A stretch of DNA of 64,000 nucleotides. Origin: Candidatus Adlerbacteria bacterium GW2011_GWA1_54_10 (GTDB lineage: Bacteria; Patescibacteriota; Minisyncoccia; Phycocordibacterales; SBAW01). Location of the stretch: NCBI GenBank assembly GCA_001004665.1, contig LCRO01000002.1, positions 27,060 through 91,059 of the forward strand, written 5' to 3'. Positions 9,002-19,118 of the stretch are shown one piece after another. A model generated the notes under the pieces. That model was given only the letters and a program-made list of their open reading frames with translations, had not been told where the DNA came from and searched no databases. Position 1 is the stretch's first letter. Each line of letters opens with the position of its first letter. The position numbers and the translations under genes were made by a program.

Positions 9002-9508
9002 ATGAGCAATTCAGACGAGGAATTTGTGCCGGAAGAAGAAGCGGAAGAAGGGCCGGCGGCCGTAAAGAAACTGCGCGAGAAACTCAAAAAAACAGTCGGG
9101 GAAAAACAGGAATATCTGGAGGGCTGGCAGAGGGCTCGCGCGGACTTTGCCAACTTTAAGCGCGAGGAGGCCGTCCGCGTGGCCAGCTCGAAAGCTCGCG
9201 TTACGGCGGCTACAATAGAAGGACTCCTACCGGCGCTTGACGCACTGGAGCTGGCTTCAAGGCACGGCGATGCCACAGCCGCAATACTTGAGCGGCAATT
9301 TTTGGACAGTCTCAAAAAAATCGGCGTCGAGCGCTTGGGCTCCGCCGGCGAAGAGTTCGATCCCGCGCGGCACGAGGCGCTGGGCCGGAGCGAAACTTCC
9401 GACAAGGAAAAAGACCACACCGTTGTGTCGGTAGAACTCAGCGGCTATAGTATAGGCGAAATAATTATCAGGCCCGCTCATGTAATTATTGCAACACACC
9501 ATGGCTAA
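9002..9508 (+). CDS. grpE: Nucleotide exchange factor GrpE
   Basis: [26 protein letters not shown]. Confidence 0.95.
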   Translation: MSNSDEEFVPEEEAEEGPAAVKKLREKLKKTVGEKQEYLEGWQRARADFANFKREEAVRVASSKARVTAATIEGLLPALDALELASRHGDATAAILERQFLDSLKKIGVERLGSAGEEFDPARHEALGRSETSDKEKDHTVVSVELSGYSIGEIIIRPAHVIIATHHG

Positions 9509-11420
9509 AATTCTTGGAATAGATCTCGGTACCACCAACTCCGCTATGGCCGTCATGCGCGGGGGCGAGCCGCAAATAATAGAGAACTCCGAGGGCGCGC
9601 GCACTACGCCATCCGTCGTGGCGCTGTCCAAAACCGGCGAGCGCCTTGTCGGTCTTATAGCGCGCCGGCAAGCTGTTACAAACCCCAAGAATACGGTTTA
9701 TCAGATAAAACGCTTTATAGGGCATACTTTTGACGAGTCCGGCGTGCAGAAGGACAAGACCGCCGTGCCGTTTGAGATGCGCAAGGCGCAGAATGGCGGG
9801 ATAGAGGTACAGCTTGGCGACCCTTCGACAAGCTCAGGGCAAGGCAATTGGTATCGGCCGGAGGAAGTATCGGCAATGATACTCGGTAAGCTAAAAGCGG
9901 ACGCGGAAAAACGGCTTGGCGAGCCGATAACAGAGGCGGTAGTCACTGTGCCGGCGTACTTTAACGACGCCCAGCGCGCCGCCACCCGCGATGCCGGCAA
10001 AATAGCTGGACTCGACGTAAAACGCATCATAAACGAGCCGACGGCGGCGGCGCTGGCGTACGGCTTTAACAAAAAGAAGGACGAGAAGGTCGTCGTCTTT
10101 GACTTCGGCGGAGGTACGTTCGACATCTCGGTGCTCGAGGTCGTGATGGCCGGCGATCAGGAGGGATCCATCGAGGTGCGTTCGACCGATGGCGACGCAC
10201 ATCTCGGCGGGAAGGACATTGATCAGAAAATAATAGACTGGCTCGCCACGGAGTTCCAGAAGGAAAGCGGAATAGATGTGCGGGGCGACGCCTTGGCGCG
10301 CCAGAGGCTCGATGAGGCCGCCGAAAAGGCCAAAATAGAGCTTTCGACCGCACTCGACACCGAGATAAATATTCCATTTATCACTTCCGACGCATCCGGG
10401 CCTAGGCACTTGCTTATAAAAATGACGCGAGCCAAGCTCGAGGAGCTTGCGGGCGAGTTTATTGAGCGGGCGATGGCGATAACGAAACGCGCCATGGAAG
10501 CATCGCCCTTCAAAATAAGCGACATACACGAGATAATTCTGGTTGGCGGGCAAACTCGCATGCCGGCCCTGCAACAGCAAGTAGAGAAATTTTTCGACAA
10601 AAAGGCTAATCTCTCGGTAAATCCAGACGAGGTTGTGGCAATAGGCGCTGCGATACAGGGAGGAATCATGGGCGGCGAAGTGCGCGATGTTTTGCTTCTT
10701 GACGTCATTCCGCTATCGTTAGGCATCGAGACCATGGGCGGCGTTTCGACAAGGCTTATCGAGCGCAACACGACCATCCCGACCAGTCGCTCGCAGATAT
10801 TCTCAACCGCCGCCGACAACCAGACTTCGGTCGAGATACATATTACGCAAGGGGAGCGCACGATGGCGTCGGACAACAAGTCGCTCGGGCGTTTTGTTCT
10901 CGACGGCATACCGCCCGCACCGCGCGGCATGCCACAGGTCGAAGTTATGTTCGACATAGACGCCAACGGCATTCTTACAGTCAAGGCGAAGGACAAGGCG
11001 ACAAACAAAGAACAGAGTATCCGCATTGAGGGCTCTTCCGGCCTTAGCGAGCAGGATATCGAAAGGATGAAAAAGGATGCCGAGGCGAATGCCGAGGCTG
11101 ACAAGAAAAAAGCCGAACTCGCCGAGGTGCACAATACTGCCGACCAGAGCGTTTACGCGGCGCGCAAAGCTTTGGCCGATAACAAAGACAAAATTCCGGT
11201 CGACCTCGAGAAAACCATAAACGAGAAGATTACTGTGGTGGAGTCTAAAAAAATCTCCGATAACGTTGCAGAGATAAAGTCTACTACCGAAGACTTGGCA
11301 AAAGAATTGTCAAAGGTTTACGAGGCTATGCAGAAAAACAATCCGCCAGCCGGCGGACCTTCGCCCGGCAATGAGCCCGGCCAGCAAAGCGCCCCTAAAG
11401 ACAGTCCTGAACAAAAATAA
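9501..11420 (+). CDS. dnaK: Chaperone DnaK
   Basis: [33 protein letters not shown]; start MAKILG at 9501. Confidence 0.98.
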   Translation: MAKILGIDLGTTNSAMAVMRGGEPQIIENSEGARTTPSVVALSKTGERLVGLIARRQAVTNPKNTVYQIKRFIGHTFDESGVQKDKTAVPFEMRKAQNGGIEVQLGDPSTSSGQGNWYRPEEVSAMILGKLKADAEKRLGEPITEAVVTVPAYFNDAQRAATRDAGKIAGLDVKRIINEPTAAALAYGFNKKKDEKVVVFDFGGGTFDISVLEVVMAGDQEGSIEVRSTDGDAHLGGKDIDQKIIDWLATEFQKESGIDVRGDALARQRLDEAAEKAKIELSTALDTEINIPFITSDASGPRHLLIKMTRAKLEELAGEFIERAMAITKRAMEASPFKISDIHEIILVGGQTRMPALQQQVEKFFDKKANLSVNPDEVVAIGAAIQGGIMGGEVRDVLLLDVIPLSLGIETMGGVSTRLIERNTTIPTSRSQIFSTAADNQTSVEIHITQGERTMASDNKSLGRFVLDGIPPAPRGMPQVEVMFDIDANGILTVKAKDKATNKEQSIRIEGSSGLSEQDIERMKKDAEANAEADKKKAELAEVHNTADQSVYAARKALADNKDKIPVDLEKTINEKITVVESKKISDNVAEIKSTTEDLAKELSKVYEAMQKNNPPAGGPSPGNEPGQQSAPKDSPEQK

Positions 11421-11430
11421 ATTAAACCTT

Positions 11431-11468
11431 AAACCGCTGGCTTCAAAACACCAGTGGTTTTTATTTTT
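11431..11468 (+). terminator. Intrinsic terminator after dnaK
   Basis: aaaccgctgg...ccagtggttt stem followed by T tract. Confidence 0.7.
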
Positions 11469-11492
11469 GTCAAATCGTGGTAAAGTAAGAAA

Positions 11493-13367
11493 ATGAAGGG
11501 AGATCCGATCAAAATTACTTCGGTTAAAAGCGTCTTGCGCGTATATTTGCGAGCTGTTTCGCGTTACCCGTGGATGGTTCTGCTTGTTCTTGTCGGCACC
11601 GTTTTGATGCAGACGGCAAATGTTGCGGCGCCGCTCTATATGCGGCAGCTGTTCAACATACTCGCGCGCAGCGCGCCCAGCGCGGATGTTATGCCGCAGA
11701 TTTTCGGCATTATCGCCATGATTGCGCTGTGGTGGGGAGTGCTTTGGCTCTCCAACCGCCTGGAACACTTCACCAATTTACGCCTCATCTCGCGGGTTAT
11801 GGCCGATCTTATAGGTAAGGCGTTTGGGTATCTTATAGAGCATTCCTATAACTTTTTTATTTCAAATTTTGCCGGCTCGCTTACGCACAAAGTAAATAAG
11901 TTTACGCGATCCTTCCAGACGATGTATGAAAGCATTTTCATGACTTTTTTCCCGTCTCTTTTGTTTGTGCTGGGTGCCGTCACGGTTTTGTATCTGCGCC
12001 ACCCTTTGCTCGGTGTTGCGTTGGGACTCTGGGTCGCATTTTTTATTTTGTTCCAGATCTGGGTAACGAATATGCGCCAGCCGCTGCGCCGAGTGCGGGC
12101 CGAGGCCGATACGCAAATTACCGCGACACTGGCTGACGCTATATCAAACCAGTCAACCATTCAACTTTTTTCCGGCGGGCGGCACGAGCGTGGGCGATTC
12201 GGAAGTGTCGTGGAAACATGGCGCAAGGCTGGCGTGCGCTCGTGGACCGCGGACGCCTACATTTGGTCCGGTATAGGGCTTCTAATGATGGGCGTCGAGA
12301 TAGGCTTGCTCTATGCCGCCGTGCTTTTGTGGCAGCAAGGATTGCTTGCGGTGGGCGACTTTGTGCTGATACAGGCGTACTTGCTTACGCTTTTTGAGCG
12401 CCTTGTCACTATACAAAACGATTTGCGGCGGTTCTTTGACGCATTCGCTGATGCAGGAGAGATGGTAGGCATTTTAGAAAAAATGCACGAGGTTAAAGAC
12501 AAACACGGGGCGACGGAGCTCAAGGTTGCAAGTGGCGAGATTTGGTTCGACGACGTGACGTTCGGCTTCCATCTTGACCCTATACTTAAAAATTTTAATC
12601 TCAAAATCGCGGGTGGCGAGCGCGTGGCGCTCGTGGGACCCTCGGGCGCCGGCAAGACAACCGTGACCAAACTTCTCCTGCGCCTGTATGACGTCAAATG
12701 GGGCGAAATAAAAATAGACGGTCAGAATATCGCGGAAGTTACGCAGGAGAGCTTGCGCAACGCAATCGCATTCGTGCCGCAGGAACCCGTGCTCTTCCAC
12801 AGAACACTAATGGATAACATTCGCTACGGCCGCCGCGACGCCAGCGATGCGGAAGTGATAGAAGCGGCCAAGAAAGCCCACTGCCACGAATTTATCAAGA
12901 AGCTCCCACAGGGCTACGGCACATATGTCGGCGAGCGAGGAATAAAGCTTAGTGGCGGCGAGCGCCAGCGCGTCGCCATAGCCCGCGCGATACTTAAGAG
13001 CGCGCCTGTCCTTGTTTTGGATGAGGCTACTTCCAGCCTTGACTCGGAGTCCGAGGCTTTTATACAAGACGCACTGGCAAACCTTATGAGCGGCAAGACC
13101 GTGCTTGTCATCGCGCACCGGCTCTCCACGATAATGAAAATGGACAGAATAATCGTGATGGAGGAGGGCAGGGTAGTGGCAGAGGGCACGCATCTCCAAT
13201 TGGTCAACCAAAAAGGCCTGTATCAAAAACTGTGGAGTATTCAGGCAGGAGGCTTTATCGGACAGGACAATAAAAAATATAAAAAAATCGGCGGCGGAGA
13301 GGAGGATGAAAAACCCATGGAGTCGCCGTATATGGACGACATTGCGGAAGAAGAAGAAGAGAAGTAG
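11493..13367 (+). CDS. ABC transporter, fused permease/ATPase (exporter type)
   Basis: N-terminal TM domain, GPSGAGKT, LSGGERQR, LDEATS. Confidence 0.92.
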   Translation: MKGDPIKITSVKSVLRVYLRAVSRYPWMVLLVLVGTVLMQTANVAAPLYMRQLFNILARSAPSADVMPQIFGIIAMIALWWGVLWLSNRLEHFTNLRLISRVMADLIGKAFGYLIEHSYNFFISNFAGSLTHKVNKFTRSFQTMYESIFMTFFPSLLFVLGAVTVLYLRHPLLGVALGLWVAFFILFQIWVTNMRQPLRRVRAEADTQITATLADAISNQSTIQLFSGGRHERGRFGSVVETWRKAGVRSWTADAYIWSGIGLLMMGVEIGLLYAAVLLWQQGLLAVGDFVLIQAYLLTLFERLVTIQNDLRRFFDAFADAGEMVGILEKMHEVKDKHGATELKVASGEIWFDDVTFGFHLDPILKNFNLKIAGGERVALVGPSGAGKTTVTKLLLRLYDVKWGEIKIDGQNIAEVTQESLRNAIAFVPQEPVLFHRTLMDNIRYGRRDASDAEVIEAAKKAHCHEFIKKLPQGYGTYVGERGIKLSGGERQRVAIARAILKSAPVLVLDEATSSLDSESEAFIQDALANLMSGKTVLVIAHRLSTIMKMDRIIVMEEGRVVAEGTHLQLVNQKGLYQKLWSIQAGGFIGQDNKKYKKIGGGEEDEKPMESPYMDDIAEEEEEK

Positions 13368-13381
13368 AATAAAAAGCAAAT

Positions 13382-14470
13382 ATGGCTGGTAAAAAAGACT
13401 ATTACGAAGTGCTGGGCATCGGCAAAAACGCAACGAAGGAAGAAGTAAAGAAAGCCTTCCACAAACTCGCCCATAAGTACCACCCGGACAAGAACGGAAG
13501 CGGCGATTCTGAAAAATTTAAAGAAGCGAGCGAAGCATACTCTATCCTCTCGGACGACAAAAAGCGCGCCGAGTACGACAGCTACGGCAGGGTGTTCGGC
13601 GGCGGCGGGCCTGGCTTCCAGGGCGCCGGTCCAGGATTCGACTTCTCTCAATATCAAGATGCGTTCTCCGGCTTCGACGGAGGGTTCGGTTTTGACATGG
13701 GCGATATCTTTTCCGACTTTTTTGCAGGGCAAACGGGCACGCGCACTCGCCGCGGGCGCGATATTTCCATAGACCTTGAAATAAGCTTCAAAGACTCTGT
13801 GTTCGGTACCAAGCGGTCCGTACTGCTCGCCAAAACTTCCGTTTGCGAGGCATGCCAGGGCACGGGAGCGGTGATGGGGACGCAAATGGAGACGTGCAAG
13901 CATTGCAACGGCGCGGGCAAGGTGCACGAGACACAAAATTCGTTCTTCGGCACCATAACCATGGTTCAGCCCTGCCGGCACTGCAAAGGCGCCGGCAAAA
14001 TACCGAAGGAAAAGTGTCACACCTGCCGCGGCGATGGAGTTTATAAAAAACAGGAGGAAATCGAAATATCGGTCCCGGCCGGCATTGAGGGCGGCGAGAT
14101 GATAAGACTGGCTGGAATGGGCGAGGCGATTTCAGGCGGGCAGTCGGGCGACTTGTACGTAAAAGTGCACGTGGCGCCTGACCCGCGCTTCAAAAAAGAC
14201 GGGCCCAATTTGGTAACCGAGCTTTCAATCAAGCTCTCGGATGCTCTGCTCGGCACAGGCTATAAGCTACAGACCTTGGAAGGCGAGGAGGAAATAGATA
14301 TTCCTGCCGGCATCTCGCATGGCGAGACTTTGCGCCTTAAGGGCAAGGGCGTACCGATAGCGCGCGGCAAGCGCGGCGATTTGGTCGTTAAAATCAAAAT
14401 CACGCTCCCCAACAAACTCTCCCGTAGTGCTCGCAATCTCGTCGAAAAACTCCGCGAAGAGGGTATTTAA
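13382..14470 (+). CDS. dnaJ: Chaperone DnaJ
   Basis: J domain with HPD, G/F region, four CxxCxGxG repeats. Confidence 0.97.
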   Translation: MAGKKDYYEVLGIGKNATKEEVKKAFHKLAHKYHPDKNGSGDSEKFKEASEAYSILSDDKKRAEYDSYGRVFGGGGPGFQGAGPGFDFSQYQDAFSGFDGGFGFDMGDIFSDFFAGQTGTRTRRGRDISIDLEISFKDSVFGTKRSVLLAKTSVCEACQGTGAVMGTQMETCKHCNGAGKVHETQNSFFGTITMVQPCRHCKGAGKIPKEKCHTCRGDGVYKKQEEIEISVPAGIEGGEMIRLAGMGEAISGGQSGDLYVKVHVAPDPRFKKDGPNLVTELSIKLSDALLGTGYKLQTLEGEEEIDIPAGISHGETLRLKGKGVPIARGKRGDLVVKIKITLPNKLSRSARNLVEKLREEGI

Positions 14471-14481
14471 ATTTAATTCTG

Positions 14482-14508
14482 GAACCGTCTGAAAAGCAGG
14501 CGGTTTTC
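14482..14508 (+). terminator. Intrinsic terminator after dnaJ
   Basis: gaaccgtctg-aaaag-caggcggtttt hairpin. Confidence 0.6.
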
Positions 14509-14524
14509 TGATATTATAGACTTC

Positions 14525-15469
14525 ATGGAGGCGAAAAAACGGCTTTTTACGGGGCTTCAGCCGTCGGGGCAATTGCATATTGGGAATTATTTTGGCGCAC
14601 TTAAGCCGTTTGCGGACATATACGACAAGCACGAAAGTTTTTTAATGGTAGCGGACTATCACGCGCTCACAAGTCTCAAGGACCCGGTGCGATTGCGTGA
14701 GGGAATAATTGATGTCGTTAAGAATTATGTAGCGGCCGGAGTTGATCCGCAGAAAGCCGTAATCTTCAAACAATCCGATATTCAGGAACACACGGAGCTT
14801 GCGTGGATTTTTGAATGTCTTGTTACCGTGCCATTCCTCATGCAGGCGCACGCGTACAAAGACAAGGTTGTTAAAGGACTCGAAGCGAATGCCGGGCTCT
14901 TTAACTACCCGATGCTCATGGCGGCGGATATTCTTTTGTATGATACGGATGTCGTGCCGGTTGGTGAGGACCAGCGACAGCATGTCGAATACGCGCGCGA
15001 GGCGGCGGCAAAATTCAATTTGGGTTTCGGACAAACTTTTAAGGAGCCACAAGAAAAAATTCTGACAGGCATTGGCACTGTGCCGGGAATAGACGGCAAA
15101 AAAATGAGCAAAAGTTACGGAAATACTATTCCGCTCTTCGGCAGTAAGGACGAAATATCTAAAGCAGTGATGAACATCGTTACGGATTCCTCTGGCGAGC
15201 GACCGGCCATTGTCTACGCGATACATAAACTGTTCCGTACCGATGTCGAGCTAGAGCCTCTATACGACACCAACAAGGGCAACTACAAAGCACTTAAAGA
15301 AGCGCTGGTCGAGGATATTGAAAAGTTTATTGCCCCGATGCGCGAGCGGCGCACAAACATCAGCGACGAGGAAGTTAAAAATATTTTGCAGGACGGCGCC
15401 GACAAAGCCCGCGCCGTCGCCTCTTCGAAAATGCGAGAAGTCCGACAAAAAGTTGGAGTAGCATTGTGA
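14525..15469 (+). CDS. trpS: Tryptophan--tRNA ligase
   Basis: QPSG..HIGNY, YPMLMAADIL, VGEDQ, KMSKS. Confidence 0.96.
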   Translation: MEAKKRLFTGLQPSGQLHIGNYFGALKPFADIYDKHESFLMVADYHALTSLKDPVRLREGIIDVVKNYVAAGVDPQKAVIFKQSDIQEHTELAWIFECLVTVPFLMQAHAYKDKVVKGLEANAGLFNYPMLMAADILLYDTDVVPVGEDQRQHVEYAREAAAKFNLGFGQTFKEPQEKILTGIGTVPGIDGKKMSKSYGNTIPLFGSKDEISKAVMNIVTDSSGERPAIVYAIHKLFRTDVELEPLYDTNKGNYKALKEALVEDIEKFIAPMRERRTNISDEEVKNILQDGADKARAVASSKMREVRQKVGVAL

Positions 15470-15470
15470 T

Positions 15471-16728
15471 ATGCCAAGAACATTAATCGCAGACCTGAAT
15501 AAAAAAATCGGAGAACACGTTAAAGTCTCCGGGTGGGTATCGGTCCGGCGCGACCAGGGGAAAATGGTGTTTTTTGACCTGCGCGACCGCTCGGGCATGG
15601 TGCAAGGAGTCGTTTTGCCAAATGAGGAGATTGCGATGGCGGTCGCCAAAGATGTGCGCGCCGAGTACGTAGTCTCGGCGAGCGGTATCGTAAACAAGCG
15701 GCCGGAAAAAAATATCAATCAAGGAATTATGAACGGCAATCTCGAGCTTCAGATACAGGCGCTCGAGATTTTGGCGGAGTCTGAAATTCCATTCGAGCTT
15801 GGGAGCGAAGTCAATCTCGACACGTACCTCGACCACTTGCCTTATACGCTACGCAGCCAGCGCGCCAAAGATATTTTTAAGGTGCAGGAGACGATCATCA
15901 CTGCCTTTCGCGCCTCGTTGCACTCGCAAGACTTCACCGAGTTCCAAGCGCCGGCGCTCACCGGCGGCGACGCCGAAGGCGGCGCCGCCGCGTTCGAAGT
16001 CAAATATTTATACGATCAAAAGGCCTTCCTTGCCACCTCCCCGCAGTTTTATAAGCAGATTATGGTGGGATCCTTCGAGCGGGTCTTCAGCACGCCGCAA
16101 GTATTCCGCGGCGAAAAGCACGCTACGACGCGGCATCTCACCGAATATACCTCGCTCGACTTTGAGATGGGATTTATACAGGACCATCGCGATGTCATGC
16201 AAGTACTCGAAAACGCAATGCGTGCCGTTGTCCTTGCGGTAGGGGAGAATCACCAAAGCGCGCTTGCGCGTTTTGATACATCTCTTCCACTTTTACCAAA
16301 TGGAAAATTCCCATCCGTAAAGCTCGTCGAAGCACAAAACATTTTGGGCGTTTCGCACGAGCCCGACCTCGAGCCCGAACACGAGCGCGCCCTGTGCGAT
16401 TGGTCGGCGAAAGAGCACGGAAGCGATTTTATATTCGTTACGCATTATCCGATCTCTAAACGCCCGTTTTATACCTGCGAAGATGAGGAAGACACACAAC
16501 TACGACGAGCTGGTGGAGCGTATCAAAGCCAAAAACCTTGACCCGCAAAAATTCGTCTATTATCTGCAAGCATTTAAAGCTGGCATGCCTCCGCACGGCG
16601 GCACGGGGACCGGCCTCGAGCGCTTGACCGCGCGTATGCTGAACCTCCCTAACGTCAAAGAAGCGACGCTCTTCCCCCGCGACATCAACCGCATAGATAC
16701 CCTGCTTTCTACCGACAAAAAAGAATAA
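15471..16728 (+). pseudogene. aspS: Archaeal-type non-discriminating aspartyl-tRNA synthetase, interrupted by a deletion and frameshift near 16493 (real or assembly error)
   Basis: OB domain, LATSPQFYKQ, FRGEKH, KRPFY in frame 1; HNYDEL..GMPPHGG..GLERL..LFPRD in a second frame; the FDL..EIxSGxQR segment is absent. Confidence 0.85.
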
Positions 16729-16749
16729 ATGAATGCTCCATTGTCAAAG

Positions 16750-16758
16750 TTATCCACA
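16750..16758 (+). promoter_or_regulatory. DnaA box
   Basis: Exact TTATCCACA in the aspS-pepA spacer. Confidence 0.4.
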
Positions 16759-16766
16759 GAAAAATC

Positions 16767-16787
16767 TGCGAAGGTCAGACCTTCGCA
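16767..16787. repeat. 21-bp perfect palindrome, AAGG-N5-CCTT family
   Basis: tgcgaaggtc-a-gaccttcgca. Confidence 0.85.
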
Positions 16788-16862
16788 AATGAAAGGTTAA
16801 TGCTACTTGTTTAACAATTTGTCAAGCTCGAAAAGTGTTGATTTTTAAGGTATATTTTGAGC

Positions 16863-18338
16863 ATGAAATTTATACCAAAGTCCGGAAAAGGATTTATACG
16901 GGTGCGGTTTGTTGAGGGGACCCTTAATACCTTTACCGGCGAAGAGATGCGGATTGGCACGGGTCAAGGCGAAAAATCAAGGCGACACCTTCCAGGGCTA
17001 AGGAGTCGCCTTTCTCATAAGGCGCCGCCTTTAAACCGGCGCAAGTTGATTTTGTTTTTGCGGAAAGTGATCTCACTAGCCAAGCAAAACAAAATAAAAA
17101 AGCTTGATATTGATTTTAAGGATATTTGTGCGCTCGCGCCGAAAAATATTTCCGACCACGACCTCGGCGCGCTCGCAGGCGAAGCTTTTGTTATGGCCGA
17201 TTATGAATTTGTGCAATACAAGCAAAAACCGAAAGAGGGCTTTAATTTTATCGAGACGGTCGCAGTACGTAACACTTCCGAGGAAGGGAAGCCAGGTTTT
17301 TGGAAGGGACATCAAATAGCGACAGAAGTAAATGAAACTCGAACGCTAGCCAATACGCCCGGCGGCGACATGACGCCTAAAAAACTTGCCGAAGCCGCAA
17401 AAAAAGCAGTCAAGGGTACAAAAATAAAAGTCAAAGTGCTCGGCCGCAAGGAGATGCGGAAGCTCGGCATGGGCGCGGTTTTGGGCATCGCGCAAGGCAG
17501 TATGGAGGAGCCGAAGTTTATCATAATGGAGTATTCCAGAGGTCAAACTTCCGGAAAATTCCAGAGGTCAGACCTCCGGAAACCGGTTGTGCTTATTGGC
17601 AAAGGCGTGACCTTCGACACCGGCGGATTGCAAGTAAAGCCCGGCGACTCGATGTATGAGATGCATATGGACATGTCGGGCGGCGCTGCGGTCATCCACG
17701 CGGTGGCGCTAGCGGCCAAACTCAAAATAAAGGCGAACATAGTCGGGCTCATACCCGCAGTCGAAAATTCGCCGTCGGGGAACGCCGTGCGTCCGGGCGA
17801 TATCCTTAAGTCCCTTTCGGGAAAAACAATAGAAATTTTGCACACCGATGCGGAGGGGCGCGTAATTTTGGCCGACGCCATAACCTATGCCAAGCGATAC
17901 TACCCAGCATGCGTCATTGAAGTCTCGACCTTAACCGGTGCCGCACTTGTAGCCTTGGGTCAGCAAGCCTCCGGCCTTATGACGCCTGATCAGAAATTCG
18001 AAAATTTGATGCGCGAGCTAGGCGAGAAAAGCGGCGATTACGTATGGCCCTTACCGCTGTGGGAGGAGTACGAGGATATGGTCAAGGGGACTTTCGGCGA
18101 CATTCCCAATATCTCGACCGCGGGCAACAGCCGCTACGGAGGAGTCATCGCAGGAGGCATGTTCTTGCGCGAGTTTGCCAAAGAACTGAAATGCCCGTGG
18201 GCGCATCTCGATATTGCGCCGCGCATGACCGCGGCGCCGAACGAATTTCTGGCAAAGGGCGCCGCAGGAGTGCCGGTGCGGCTGTTACTTAAACTGATAG
18301 AACATCATGCGAAGCAAAAGTCCTTTGCGGAGGAGTAG
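16863..18338 (+). CDS. pepA: Leucyl aminopeptidase (M17)
   Basis: GKGVTFDTGG, DMSG, TDAEGR, TLTGA, HLDIA. Confidence 0.93.
   Translation: MKFIPKSGKGFIRVRFVEGTLNTFTGEEMRIGTGQGEKSRRHLPGLRSRLSHKAPPLNRRKLILFLRKVISLAKQNKIKKLDIDFKDICALAPKNISDHDLGALAGEAFVMADYEFVQYKQKPKEGFNFIETVAVRNTSEEGKPGFWKGHQIATEVNETRTLANTPGGDMTPKKLAEAAKKAVKGTKIKVKVLGRKEMRKLGMGAVLGIAQGSMEEPKFIIMEYSRGQTSGKFQRSDLRKPVVLIGKGVTFDTGGLQVKPGDSMYEMHMDMSGGAAVIHAVALAAKLKIKANIVGLIPAVENSPSGNAVRPGDILKSLSGKTIEILHTDAEGRVILADAITYAKRYYPACVIEVSTLTGAALVALGQQASGLMTPDQKFENLMRELGEKSGDYVWPLPLWEEYEDMVKGTFGDIPNISTAGNSRYGGVIAGGMFLREFAKELKCPWAHLDIAPRMTAAPNEFLAKGAAGVPVRLLLKLIEHHAKQKSFAEE
17533..17582. repeat. Tandem pair of 25-bp palindromic units inside pepA
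   Basis: attccagaggtcaaacttccggaaa followed by attccagaggtcagacctccggaaa (23/25 identical). Confidence 0.85.
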
Positions 18339-18376
18339 GGGTCGTGTTCATCTCTCCGGAGCAAAGGAGCTTTTGC
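18314..18376 (+). mobile_element. MITE-like 63-bp element, copy 1, containing the pepA stop codon
   Basis: Terminal inverted repeats; 36-nt core identical to the copy at 41759-41820. Confidence 0.75.
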
Positions 18377-18389
18377 GAAGCATTTAAGT

Positions 18390-19118
18390 ATGCCAATCAC
18401 GGTAAAAACTAGCGTTTACGAAGGACCGATCGAGGTCCTGCTTGAGCTTATAGAAAAGCGCAAGCTCCTGATAAATGACATCTCTTTGGCGCAAGTTGCG
18501 GACGACTTTATCGCATATGTAAACGGCCAGCCGCACTTGCCCGTCGGCGAAACAGCGGATTTCGTCGCGCTAGCGGCAACACTGCTTCTAATAAAATCCC
18601 GCTCGCTCCTCCCAAGCCTCGCGCTCTCCGACGAGGAGTCCGGCGACATCAAGGAACTTGAGTACCGCCTCGCGGTCTATCAGATCATAAAAGACGTCTC
18701 GCTGAACATCGGGAGGCTTGGTCTTCCGATGTTATACGAAGGTTGCGCGCCGGATGAGGAGACTCTGTTCATCCCTGATTCTTCCGTGACTCCGCAGGCC
18801 CTGCGCGAGGCGGCGCAGGCGCTTATGTTCGGATTCCCGCAAGCGCCAGCCGTGCCAAGAGTCGCGGTCAAAAAAATAATTTCGCTCGAGGAGATGATAG
18901 AGAAAATGGCCGCGCGCATTGAGGGAGCGATACGCATGAGTTTTAGCGAGTTTTCGGGCAAAAAAAAGAAACAGGAGATAATAGTTGGCTTTCTCGCCCT
19001 CCTCGAGCTGGTTAAACGCGGTATAATCAGGGCCTCGCAGGACGGGAGACACGGCGACATTACGCTGGAGTCAGATGTTGTTTCGACACCAAAATATGGA
19101 CCAACGACCAACGACTGA
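18390..19118 (+). CDS. scpA: Segregation/condensation protein A
   Basis: YEGPIEVLLELI, LLLIKSRSLLP, FLALLEL. Confidence 0.93.
   Translation: MPITVKTSVYEGPIEVLLELIEKRKLLINDISLAQVADDFIAYVNGQPHLPVGETADFVALAATLLLIKSRSLLPSLALSDEESGDIKELEYRLAVYQIIKDVSLNIGRLGLPMLYEGCAPDEETLFIPDSSVTPQALREAAQALMFGFPQAPAVPRVAVKKIISLEEMIEKMAARIEGAIRMSFSEFSGKKKKQEIIVGFLALLELVKRGIIRASQDGRHGDITLESDVVSTPKYGPTTND

Noticed and set aside
10223-11134. Long antisense ORFs over dnaK (and similar ones over dnaJ, rsmH, murA and mreB)
   Set aside because: Expected antisense shadows of GC-rich conserved genes, with no recognisable motifs
16480-16510. Programmed frameshift in aspS
   Set aside because: No slippery site, and conserved residues are physically missing, so recoding would not restore the enzyme
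16729-16862. Replication origin at DnaA boxes (also 37687 and 46827)
   Set aside because: Boxes are isolated or degenerate, with no cluster and no dnaA/dnaN nearby
17533-17582. Possible CRISPR repeats
   Set aside because: Two adjacent units with no spacer, inside a CDS, and no cas genes in the window
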